Positions 14,702 through 23,173 of a stretch of DNA of 32,000 nt are shown here, piece by piece (positions within the stretch are counted from its first letter, which is position 1; every line of letters begins with the position of its first letter). The notes beneath the pieces are model-generated. The model did no database searches. It was not told where the DNA came from and worked only from the letters and a program-made list of their open reading frames with translations. Position numbers and translations under genes: made by a program. The stretch lies in assembly GCF_000021865.1 (NCBI RefSeq), contig NC_014034.1, positions 1,140,001-1,172,000 on the forward strand. Reading direction: 5' to 3'. The stretch is from Rhodobacter capsulatus SB 1003. Lineage in GTDB: Bacteria; Pseudomonadota; Alphaproteobacteria; Rhodobacterales; Rhodobacteraceae.

Positions 14702-14893
14702 CCGGGCGGCGGGCAGATCCTGCGGCCTTCTTGAAGGGCGGGAACCGCGCGGAAGGCCGCAAGCATCCGCGCGGCCTCGCCGCCGAAACGGGTCCGGGGC
14801 GGTGATGCCCGCGGCGGGGGGGCCTCTCGGCGCGCGAAGGGCGGGGCAGGGCGGGTCCGTGCCCGCGCCAGACTATACGGGGGATGAGGGATC

Positions 14894-16090
14894 GTGTCCG
14901 GTTCTGCGGCGCTTTTGAAGATCGTGCGATTTGGAATGATCCGGGTGGTCCCGGGTCTGTTCAACTTTGCGCTGATCCCCTGGCTGCTGGTCACGCTTGG
15001 TCCGGCCGCCTACGGGGTCTATTCGACCTGGCTTGGCTATGCGGCGCTGGTGGCCAATACGGTGGCCGCGATCGTGACGCAGCCGATGTTCCGCTACCTG
15101 CCGCATCGCCCCGAGGAGCGCGAGCTGTTCACCGGCTTCGCCCTGGTGGCGGCGCTTGCGGCCGCGGCGCTGAGCGGCGGGATCTTCCTGCATCTTGGCG
15201 TTTCGACGAGCTTTGCCCTTGGTTTTGCGGCCTTTTCCTTTGGCACGGTGCTTGGCTCCTCGGTCGGCGTCGATTTCGTCCTGAGCCAGCGGGTGATGCG
15301 TCTGGCCAGCTTCGAGGCGCTGCGCATCCTGTCGATCCTGGTCGTGCTGGCGCTGCCGCTGCTGCGCGGGCTGCCGCTGCGGACCGAGGATGTCGTCCTT
15401 GGCCTTGCGGTGTCGAACCTGCTGCCGATCCTGCTGCTGGCGGGGCGGCCCCGGCTGGCGCTGCCCTCACGCGAGTGGCTTGTCCGGACCCTGTCTTATG
15501 GCGCGAAATCGGCGGCCTGGCTCATGATGGCGGGGCTGCCGATGGTCAGCGCCAAGACGATCCTGATGCAGGCCATGCCCGAACATGCCTTTGGCGCCTA
15601 TACCGCGGTGGCGGACCTGACCTATCGCGGCTTCGCGCTGGCCAATGCGGCGCTGATGATGTGGGCCTTTCCGCTGCTGTCGGCGCAATTCGACGCGGGC
15701 GAGGTGGCCGAGACCCGGCGCACCCTGCGGTTCACGCTGCTGGTCTATACCGGTCTGGGCGCAACGGCGGTGGCGGTGCTTCTGGGCGGGATCAACCTGT
15801 TTCGGATTGACGCGGCGGCGCTGCCCGGCGGGATGATCGGGGTGGCGCTGATCACGCTGGCCAGTTTCGGCTGGCACGGCATGTCGATCGCGCACAAGCC
15901 CTTCGAGATGACGCAGCGGACAACGCAGATGGCGGCGCTGATGGCGCTGGGGGTGGCGGGCTTTTACGCAAGCACCTTCGGGCTGATCCGGCTGGCCGGG
16001 TTCGAGGCGTTTTACGTGGTGATCCTGAGCCTGATCGCCGTCGCCCTTGTCTATGGCGGCATCGGGCTGAGCCAGAAACTGGAGCGGTAG
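14894..16090 (+). CDS. polysaccharide flippase-like polytopic membrane protein (Wzx/MOP-type)
   Basis: Multi-spanning hydrophobic protein whose N-terminus is typical of polysaccharide biosynthesis flippases. Position next to the polymerase gene. GTG start at 14894; an ATG at 14936 is also possible. Confidence 0.7.
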   Translation: MSGSAALLKIVRFGMIRVVPGLFNFALIPWLLVTLGPAAYGVYSTWLGYAALVANTVAAIVTQPMFRYLPHRPEERELFTGFALVAALAAAALSGGIFLHLGVSTSFALGFAAFSFGTVLGSSVGVDFVLSQRVMRLASFEALRILSILVVLALPLLRGLPLRTEDVVLGLAVSNLLPILLLAGRPRLALPSREWLVRTLSYGAKSAAWLMMAGLPMVSAKTILMQAMPEHAFGAYTAVADLTYRGFALANAALMMWAFPLLSAQFDAGEVAETRRTLRFTLLVYTGLGATAVAVLLGGINLFRIDAAALPGGMIGVALITLASFGWHGMSIAHKPFEMTQRTTQMAALMALGVAGFYASTFGLIRLAGFEAFYVVILSLIAVALVYGGIGLSQKLER

Positions 16091-16093
16091 AGA

Positions 16094-17359
16094 ATGCATG
16101 AGGTTTCTCGGGATTTTATCTCCGAATGTTCCCGCCGCCCCCAAGTGCGAACAAATCCGATCGAGTTGTGTCTCTGGCTTGGCTTGTCGACGCTGACGGT
16201 TATCCTGCCGAATGCGTTGAAGGAAATTGCCGTGATGTTTCTGCTGCTTACGGCAGCATATTATGTATTCTGGAAGCGTTATCCCATTAATTTCAGATTG
16301 CTTGCGATATGGCTTGCGATCGCCGGAACGTCATTGCTTTATATCCTTGTCGGAATGGCTAGGGGAGCGCCCCTTGAGGCCGGAAGTCAAGTTCTGATTA
16401 TCTACATACTGAGTCCTCTGCTTTGGATTATTTCCTTGAATGGTGCGCTCGCCACCTTCGGGTTGGCTCGTATTGTTGTTTTTTTGCTTTTTTTGACCTC
16501 CGTGGCAATCGCGTCTCAGGCTTTTTATTACTGGGCTTTTCCTTCGGGGCGGTTTTCAGCTATTCTGACCTATATGGCCGGAGTGCCAAACCTTGATTTT
16601 TCAAACAATCAAGTCGCAGCCGTCATGTTTGTTTTTGGCTCAATGACTTTTCTTTACGCGGGACTTTTCGCCTCTCCAGATGTCTTGAAGCTGAAGTCAG
16701 TCAGACTGGTTTTGATCGTCGCTTCTTTTGTTTCGGCCGTCACATCTGGTCGAAGCGCAGTGATCCTTGCGGTGGGAATCGGAGCGTTCATATATTTTGT
16801 GTCCTCAATTGGCCTTTCGTTTCGTGTGTCGCGTTCGTTGTTTTTCGGCATTGTTGCGATCATCCTTGGCCCCATGGTCGGTGGATATTTTCTTTCTGAA
16901 CTCTATGGCATTGATATTTTCGTTTCCGTGAATGAATTGATCGAGAAAATAACCTCCGGCGGGGGTGCGGGAAGGCAAGATTATCTGCCAAGTCTTATTA
17001 GTGGTGCCGCTGACTATTATTTTTTTGGTGCTGGTCACGGAATTGGGGTCGAGTTTACAGTAAGCGAAAAATACCCCTGGAGATATGAAGTCGTTGGTGC
17101 CGCCACCCTGTTGAGAGTTGGTCTTGCCGGAACGATCATCTATTGTCTTCCGTTTATTTTTGCGCTGTGGGCTGCTGTGCAAAAGGCGCGGCGGCGCGGT
17201 CTCGATAAATACGAGAAATACATGCTGGGCGGCTTGATCTCCTCGTTGTTCGTCATGAATACGAACCCCTATGTCGAGGCTGTTGTGTTCCAGTGGATGT
17301 TTGTTTTGCCGTGCACCTATTTTATCAACTGCGCCAAGACGGGTCAAAAAATACCATGA
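16094..17359 (+). CDS. O-antigen/capsule polymerase-like membrane protein (Wzy / O-antigen ligase family), 421 aa
   Basis: About 10 or more hydrophobic segments with a larger loop region, Phe/Ile/Leu-rich, and low GC as is typical of wzy genes. It starts 3 nt after the flippase stop. Its stop overlaps the next start in an ATGA. Confidence 0.7.
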   Translation: MHEVSRDFISECSRRPQVRTNPIELCLWLGLSTLTVILPNALKEIAVMFLLLTAAYYVFWKRYPINFRLLAIWLAIAGTSLLYILVGMARGAPLEAGSQVLIIYILSPLLWIISLNGALATFGLARIVVFLLFLTSVAIASQAFYYWAFPSGRFSAILTYMAGVPNLDFSNNQVAAVMFVFGSMTFLYAGLFASPDVLKLKSVRLVLIVASFVSAVTSGRSAVILAVGIGAFIYFVSSIGLSFRVSRSLFFGIVAIILGPMVGGYFLSELYGIDIFVSVNELIEKITSGGGAGRQDYLPSLISGAADYYFFGAGHGIGVEFTVSEKYPWRYEVVGAATLLRVGLAGTIIYCLPFIFALWAAVQKARRRGLDKYEKYMLGGLISSLFVMNTNPYVEAVVFQWMFVLPCTYFINCAKTGQKIP

Positions 17360-19368
17360 AAACCGATATCGTCATCGTCAACTGGAACTCCGGCGCGCAG
17401 CTGCAGGCCTGCATCGAGAGCATCCGGGCCCATGGCGCGGGCCGGGTCGGGCGCTGCATCGTCGTCGACAACGGCTCGCAGGACGGTTCCACCGATTTTC
17501 TGGCCGGGGCGGAGGATGTGGATCTGTTGGAAACCGGGCAGAACCTCGGGTTTGGCAAGGCCTGCAATCTGGGCGCCGCGCGGGGGCAAAGCCCCTTCGT
17601 GCTGTTTCTCAATCCCGATGCCTGGCTGCAACCGGGGTCGCTCTCGGTTCCGCTCGACTTCATGGCGCGGCCGGAAAACGACCGGGTGGGGATCGTCGGC
17701 ATCGCGCTGACCGATGCCGATGGCACGGTGCAGCGCAGTTGCGCGCGGTTTCCGACGCCGCCCGGTCTGGTGGCCACAAGCCTTGGCCTGAAGCGGCTTT
17801 TCCCGGCGCTGGGCACGCATATGCATGACTGGGATCACGCCACAAGCCGCGAGGTTCCGCATGTGATCGGCGCCTTCTATCTGATCCGGCGGCCGCTGTT
17901 TGAACAGCTGCAGGGCTTCGACGAGCGGTTCTTCGTCTATCTTGAGGATCTGGATCTCTCGCTGCGGGCGCGGCAGGCCGGGTATCGGTCATATTTCCTG
18001 ACCGAGGCGCAGGCTTGTCACGCGGGCGGCGGCGTCTCGGCGCAGGTCAAGGCGCATCGGCTGTTCTATTCGCTGCGCAGTCGGGTGCAATATGCGTTCA
18101 AGCATTTCTCGGCGCCGGGGGCCTGGGCGGTGGCGGCGGCAACGCTGGGCATCGAACCCGTGACGCGGCTGGGCCTGCTGCTGGCCAAGCGCCGCTTTGA
18201 CGAGATCGGCGATCTGGGGCGGGGCTATGCCATGCTGTGGGGCTGGGCGCTGCGCGCGCCCTTCGGGGCCGGACAGCGCGGCGCCGCCACGGCGCTGCGG
18301 GTCACGATCCTGTCGCGCTACAGCCGGATGGGCGCGTCAAGCCGGTTGCGCACGATGCAATACCTTCCCCATCTGGAACGCGCCGGGGTCGAGGTGACGC
18401 TGGCGCCCTTCTTCGACGATGCCTATCTGCGCGCGCTTTACGCCGGAAAGCGGGACAAGGGCGGTCTGGGCCGTTTCCTCTGGCGCAGGCTGGCGCATTG
18501 CGGCGCGGCGCGGCGGGCGGATGTGATCTGGGTCGAGAAAGAGGCGCTGCCGTGGTTCCCCTGGCCGCTGGAGCGGCTGTTTCTGCCGCGCGGCGTGCCG
18601 GTGATCAGCGATCACGACGACGCGGTCTTTCACCGCTACGATCAGCACCGCAACCCGCTGGTGCGGCGTCTTCTGGGGCGCAAGATCGACGGGGTGATGG
18701 CGCATTCGGCGCTGGTGACGGCGGGCAACCGCTATCTGGCCGAACGGGCGGCGGCGGCGGGGGCGGCGCGCATCGAGATCGTGCCGACCGTCGTCGATCT
18801 GGATCACTACCGGGTTCCGGCGCCGAAGCCGCCGGGCAGCCGGCTGGTGATCGGCTGGATCGGCACGCCGGGCACCTGGGCCAAATACATGGAGCCGATG
18901 CGCCCGCTTCTGGCCGCGCTTGCGCAGCAGCATGATGCGACGATCCTGGCGGTCGGCGCGGGCGAGCCGCCGGGGGCGCAGGGGTGTTTCGATTTCAGGG
19001 CCTGGAGCGAAGACACCGAGGCGGAGCTGATCTGCCAGATGGACATCGGCCTGATGCCCCTGCCCGACACGCCGTGGGAGCGGGGGAAATGCGGCTACAA
19101 GCTCATTCAATACATGGCCTGCGGGCTGCCGGTGGTCGCCTCGCCGGTGGGGGTGAACCGCGACCTCGTTAGCCCGGGCGAAAACGGCTTTCTGGCCACG
19201 ACCGAGGCGGAATGGCGCGCGGCCCTTGACCGGCTTGCCGCCGATCCCGGGCTGCGCCGCCGCATGGGGGCGGCCGGGCGGCAGAAGGTCGAGCAGGGCT
19301 ACAGCCTTCAGGTCTGGGGGCCGCGTCTGGTGGAGATGATCCGCGAGACTGCCGGGCAGCGCCGGTGA
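17356..19368 (+). CDS. bifunctional glycosyltransferase, N-terminal GT2 fused to C-terminal GT4-like GT-B domain, 670 aa
   Basis: The N-terminus (IVIVNWNSGAQL...VVDNGSQDGS...FLNPDA...YLEDLDLSLR) is a GT2 rhamnosyltransferase-like domain with DxD and ED motifs. The C-terminus (ILSRYSRMGASSRLR...GYKLIQYMACGLPVVASPVGVNRDLV) is a GT-B domain. ATGA overlap at 17356-17359. Confidence 0.85.
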   Translation: MKTDIVIVNWNSGAQLQACIESIRAHGAGRVGRCIVVDNGSQDGSTDFLAGAEDVDLLETGQNLGFGKACNLGAARGQSPFVLFLNPDAWLQPGSLSVPLDFMARPENDRVGIVGIALTDADGTVQRSCARFPTPPGLVATSLGLKRLFPALGTHMHDWDHATSREVPHVIGAFYLIRRPLFEQLQGFDERFFVYLEDLDLSLRARQAGYRSYFLTEAQACHAGGGVSAQVKAHRLFYSLRSRVQYAFKHFSAPGAWAVAAATLGIEPVTRLGLLLAKRRFDEIGDLGRGYAMLWGWALRAPFGAGQRGAATALRVTILSRYSRMGASSRLRTMQYLPHLERAGVEVTLAPFFDDAYLRALYAGKRDKGGLGRFLWRRLAHCGAARRADVIWVEKEALPWFPWPLERLFLPRGVPVISDHDDAVFHRYDQHRNPLVRRLLGRKIDGVMAHSALVTAGNRYLAERAAAAGAARIEIVPTVVDLDHYRVPAPKPPGSRLVIGWIGTPGTWAKYMEPMRPLLAALAQQHDATILAVGAGEPPGAQGCFDFRAWSEDTEAELICQMDIGLMPLPDTPWERGKCGYKLIQYMACGLPVVASPVGVNRDLVSPGENGFLATTEAEWRAALDRLAADPGLRRRMGAAGRQKVEQGYSLQVWGPRLVEMIRETAGQRR

Positions 19369-19427
19369 CCTGACCGCCCGGCCGGGCGTGCCCGGGGCAA
19401 GCCGCGGCCCCGCCCGATGGGGGAGGG

Positions 19428-20348
19428 TCAGCCGTCGCAGAGCTTCAGGAAGTCCGACACCGTGGCAAGGCAGAGATCCTTTTCCTCGACATGCGGCATG
19501 TGCGAGGAGTGCTCGAACAGCACCCAGCGGACATCCGGGATGTTTTCGACCAGCGGCTTCGTCACCAGCGGCGTCGCCTCGTCGTATCTGCCCGAGATCA
19601 CCAGGGCGGGCACGTTGATCAGCGGCAGGCGGTCTTCGATCGTCCAATCCTTCATCGTGCCGATGACGTGGAATTCCGTGGGCCCGTTCATCGCGTTGTA
19701 GACGGTGCTGTCGCGCTCCATCAGCGCGAAGGTGCGCGTCACCTCGGGCGGCCAGGGATCAAGGCGGCAGACATGGCGCAGGTAAAACACGCGCGAGGCC
19801 GCCAGATAGTCGGGATCGCTCAGCGTTCCGGCGCGTTCGTGGCGCAAGAGCGTGTCCTGCACCTCGGGCGGCAATTCGGCGCGCAGCCGGTTCGCCTCGG
19901 CCACCCAGGTCGGCATCGAGGCCAGCGAATTGGCGAAGATGATCGCCTTGAGCCCCTTCGGGCGGCGCACCGCATGTTCGCCGCCCAGCATGCCGCCCCA
20001 GGACTGGCCAAGCAGGGCGTAGCGATCGGCGATGCCGAGATGGGCGAGAAGGTTGTCGAGTTCGGCCAGGAACAGCTTCACCGTCCAGAACGCGGGGCCC
20101 TTTTCGGGCAGATGCGTCGAGTTGCCGTTGCCAAGCTGGTCGTAATGGATCACCGCGCGGCCATCGAGCGCGGTGATGCCCTTGAAACTGTCAACGTAAT
20201 CATGCGTGCAGCCCGGCCCGCCATGCGCGATCACAAGCGGCAGCTTGCCATTCGTCAGATCGCCGGTGACGCGATACCACGTCTGCCAGGCGCCGAAGGC
20301 GGCCTTGCCTTCGCGCGTCGGAATGTCCGTCCCGTCCGGTCCTTGCAT
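19428..20348 (-). CDS. pip: proline iminopeptidase (alpha/beta hydrolase, S33 family), 306 aa
   Basis: HGGPG oxyanion motif, nucleophile elbow GQSWGG, and C-terminal His ([10 protein letters not shown]). ATG at 20348-20346 with GGAGGA upstream. The track ORF extension to 20591 is an artefact. Confidence 0.9.
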   Translation of the reverse strand: MQGPDGTDIPTREGKAAFGAWQTWYRVTGDLTNGKLPLVIAHGGPGCTHDYVDSFKGITALDGRAVIHYDQLGNGNSTHLPEKGPAFWTVKLFLAELDNLLAHLGIADRYALLGQSWGGMLGGEHAVRRPKGLKAIIFANSLASMPTWVAEANRLRAELPPEVQDTLLRHERAGTLSDPDYLAASRVFYLRHVCRLDPWPPEVTRTFALMERDSTVYNAMNGPTEFHVIGTMKDWTIEDRLPLINVPALVISGRYDEATPLVTKPLVENIPDVRWVLFEHSSHMPHVEEKDLCLATVSDFLKLCDG

Positions 20349-20425
20349 CTCATCCTCCCGTGCTGCCCGGTCAAGCCTAGCGAAGGCCTGCGCCCCGGGG
20401 CAGCTATCAAGAATGAGAGGAGGTC

Positions 20426-21211
20426 TCAGATCAGGCCGCGCCGGACCGCCTCGGCCACCGCATGGCTGCGGTTGCGCGCGCCAAGCTTGCGCACCGCCGC
20501 GTTCAGATGCATCACCACCGTCGGCACCGAGCGTTCGATCAGCCGCGAGGTTTCCTTGGCGGACCGGCCCTGTGCGGCATGATCGAGACATTCGCGTTCC
20601 CGCGCGCTCAGCGCCGGGGTCCGGGGCTGGGGCTGGGGCGGTGCGGGATCGGCGGGCGCGGGGGCGCCGATGTCGTTCTGGAACGCCTGCGCCATCAGCG
20701 CGAAGCCCGGCAGAACCTGCGCCGCAACGGCCGCAAAGGCCCGGCCGGGCCCGTTCCAGAGCCCGTTCACCGTGACATAGCCGCCGCCGGGCAGGTGGAT
20801 CGGCACGGTGATGCCATTGACGAAGCCGCTTGCCGAGATGAATTCGACCACCGGGCGGGAATTGCGGGTCAGGAAGCTGGCGCTCAGATCGCCCGCCTCG
20901 GCGTCATAGCTCCAGACGAAGGGCGCGACCGAATTCACCGCCACCGCCTGCACCGGATCGACATGGGCATAGCCGCGGCCGCACCAGTAGTCGATCATCC
21001 CCGGATCAAGGTTGCGCACCATCATCACCGCGGGCGCCGTCACCGTGCCATCGGTTTCCCGATGCCGGGGGGTGTAATCGTAGATCAGCGCCGAGGCGCC
21101 AAAGCCGCGGGCGATCTCGAAGAAGCGGTCCACCTCCCGCCCGAGCCCGGAAGCCCCGGCGGCCTCCGGGCCGGGACGGGGTGTCGCGTGATGCGCGGCA
21201 GATGATGCCAT
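20426..21211 (-). CDS. LuxR-family transcription regulator (autoinducer-binding-like N-domain plus C-terminal HTH), no luxI in the window
   Basis: C-terminal [52 protein letters not shown] is the LuxR/GerE HTH. The N-terminal region has W...Y...DP...PFVW features of the autoinducer-binding fold with atypical spacing. ATG at 21211-21209 with GGAGGAAG upstream. Confidence 0.85.
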   Translation of the reverse strand: MASSAAHHATPRPGPEAAGASGLGREVDRFFEIARGFGASALIYDYTPRHRETDGTVTAPAVMMVRNLDPGMIDYWCGRGYAHVDPVQAVAVNSVAPFVWSYDAEAGDLSASFLTRNSRPVVEFISASGFVNGITVPIHLPGGGYVTVNGLWNGPGRAFAAVAAQVLPGFALMAQAFQNDIGAPAPADPAPPQPQPRTPALSARERECLDHAAQGRSAKETSRLIERSVPTVVMHLNAAVRKLGARNRSHAVAEAVRRGLI

Positions 21212-21233
21212 GTGCTTCCTCCCCAGCGGCCCA

Positions 21234-21249
21234 CTATCAATCTTGATAG
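21234..21249. promoter_or_regulatory. perfect 7-2-7 palindrome CTATCAA-TC-TTGATAG; candidate LuxR-type operator (lux-box-like)
   Basis: Exact inverted repeat centred about 30 nt upstream of the LuxR-family start codon. The 9-mer TCTTGATAG recurs (reverse strand, 20404-20412) in the short gap between the regulator's stop and the pip start. Confidence 0.4.
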
Positions 21250-21490
21250 GTTACGCAGGACGGGACCTTGCCACAATATCGGCCGATGGGAAGGCACCGA
21301 TGCGCCCGAAATCAGAGAAACGATGCCGAGGCGTGAAGAAAAGCCCGAAAATCGAGCAATCTGCCGCTGCGACCCGCCCCGTTTTGCGGCGGGTCTGGCA
21401 CAGTGGCACCGCGAGACTCGATTCGACTTCCCGTTCTGCCGCGCCGGGGCGCCCGCCCCGGACATCCGGAAATCCAGCAAGGAGTAGACC

Positions 21491-23173
21491 ATGATCCCCA
21501 AGCTTCCCCCCGCAAGGACGGCACGCCGGGCCGGACCCGTTGCGATGCTCGCGCTTCTGGCGGCGCTGGGCCCGACGCTGGCGCAGGCCGAGGACGCGCA
21601 TCGCGGCGGCACGCTGCGGCTGGTCTCGGTGTCCTCGCAGGGCACCCTTGACCCGCATATCAACTACACCTCGCAGTTCTGGCAGCTTTACGCCTTCCTT
21701 TATGACGGGCTCGTGGGCTTCAAGAAGGTGGGCGGCACCGACAGCAAGGACATCGTGCCCGATCTGGCCGCGGCGATGCCGGTGATCTCGAACGACGGCA
21801 AGACCTATACCTTTACCCTGCGCAAGGGGATCAAATTCGCCGATGGTTCCGACATGACGGCGACGGATGTGGTGGCCTCGTTCCAGCGCATCTTCAAGGT
21901 GCTGGGTCCGACCGCGGGCACGTTCTACAACGGCATCGTCGGCGCCGAGGCCTGCCTGGCCGATCCGGCGAGTTGCACGCTTGCGGGCGGCGTGATCGGC
22001 GACGAGGCGGCGGGCACGGTGACGATCAACCTGACGGCGGCCGATCCGGAACTGCTCTTCAAGCTGTCCGTGCCGCATGCCGCGATCCTGCCCTCGGAAA
22101 CCCCGGCCAAGGACAATGGCAACACCCCCATTCCGGGCACCGGCGCCTATGTGGTGAAAAGCTACGACGCCAACAATTCCATGGTGATCGTGCGCAACCC
22201 GGCCTTCAAGGAATGGAGCAAGGACGCGCAGCCCGACGGCTATGTCGATCAGATCGTCTACACCTTCGGCGGCACCGAAGAGGCCGCCGTGAACGCGATC
22301 CTGAACGGGCAGGCCGACTGGATGTTCGACACGCCGCCCGCCGATCGTCTGGCCGAACTCTCCACCTCGGCCCCCGGGCAGATCCATCTCTCGCCGCTTT
22401 CGGCCTGGTGGTATGCGCCGATGAACGTCAACCTGCCGCCCTTCGACAATCTGAAGGCGCGTCAGGCGCTGAACTATGCCATCGACCGTGACGCGCTGGT
22501 GTCGGTCTTTGGCGGCCCGGCGCTGGCCAAGCCCGTCTGTCAGGTGCTGCCGCCGGAATTCCCCGGCCACGAGGATCAGTGTCTTTACACCCTGGATCCC
22601 GGCACCGAATGGACCGCGCCGGACATGGACAAGGCGCTGCAGCTGGTCGAGGAAAGCGGCACCAAGGGGCAAAAGGTCACCGTGGTGACCGAGGACAACG
22701 CCGCCTCGCGCGGGATCGGCACCTATCTGCAATCGGTGCTGTCGGATCTGGGCTACGAGGCCGCGGTGCAGACGATCTCGGGCGATATCCAGTTCACCTA
22801 TATCCAGAACACCAACAACAAGGTGCAGCTCTCGATCAGCCAATGGTATGCCGATTATCCGGCCGCCTCGAACTTCCTCAACGTGCTTTTCGGCTGTGAC
22901 TCCTTCCATCCCGGCACCGATGCCTCGATCAACATTTCGGGCCTGTGCGACAAGGATATCGACGCGCAGATGAAGGCGGCGATTGCGCTTGGCGCCACCG
23001 ATCCGGTCGCGGCCGACAAGGACTGGGCCAAGATCGACCGCGCGGTGATGGAACAATCGCCCGCGCTGCCGCTTTTCACGCCGCAACAGGTGGACCTGCT
23101 CAGCACGCGGGTGGGCAATTACCAGTTCTCCAGCCTGCACCACTGGCTGATCGCGAATGCCTGGGTGCAATGA
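21491..23173 (+). CDS. ABC transporter substrate-binding protein, family 5 (peptide/nickel, DppA/OppA-like)
   Basis: Signal peptide ending AQA-ED. It has family-5 SBP motifs (GGTLRL..., TYTFTLRKGIKFADGS, ALNYAIDRDALV). AGGAG RBS before the ATG at 21491. Confidence 0.9.
   Translation: MIPKLPPARTARRAGPVAMLALLAALGPTLAQAEDAHRGGTLRLVSVSSQGTLDPHINYTSQFWQLYAFLYDGLVGFKKVGGTDSKDIVPDLAAAMPVISNDGKTYTFTLRKGIKFADGSDMTATDVVASFQRIFKVLGPTAGTFYNGIVGAEACLADPASCTLAGGVIGDEAAGTVTINLTAADPELLFKLSVPHAAILPSETPAKDNGNTPIPGTGAYVVKSYDANNSMVIVRNPAFKEWSKDAQPDGYVDQIVYTFGGTEEAAVNAILNGQADWMFDTPPADRLAELSTSAPGQIHLSPLSAWWYAPMNVNLPPFDNLKARQALNYAIDRDALVSVFGGPALAKPVCQVLPPEFPGHEDQCLYTLDPGTEWTAPDMDKALQLVEESGTKGQKVTVVTEDNAASRGIGTYLQSVLSDLGYEAAVQTISGDIQFTYIQNTNNKVQLSISQWYADYPAASNFLNVLFGCDSFHPGTDASINISGLCDKDIDAQMKAAIALGATDPVAADKDWAKIDRAVMEQSPALPLFTPQQVDLLSTRVGNYQFSSLHHWLIANAWVQ

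Noticed and set aside
21396-21409. Two adjacent TGGCAC hexamers (TGGCACAGTGGCAC) upstream of the ABC operon, resembling sigma-54 -24 elements
   Set aside because: Neither copy is followed at the correct spacing by the -12 TTGC/GC element, so this is not a credible sigma-54 promoter.
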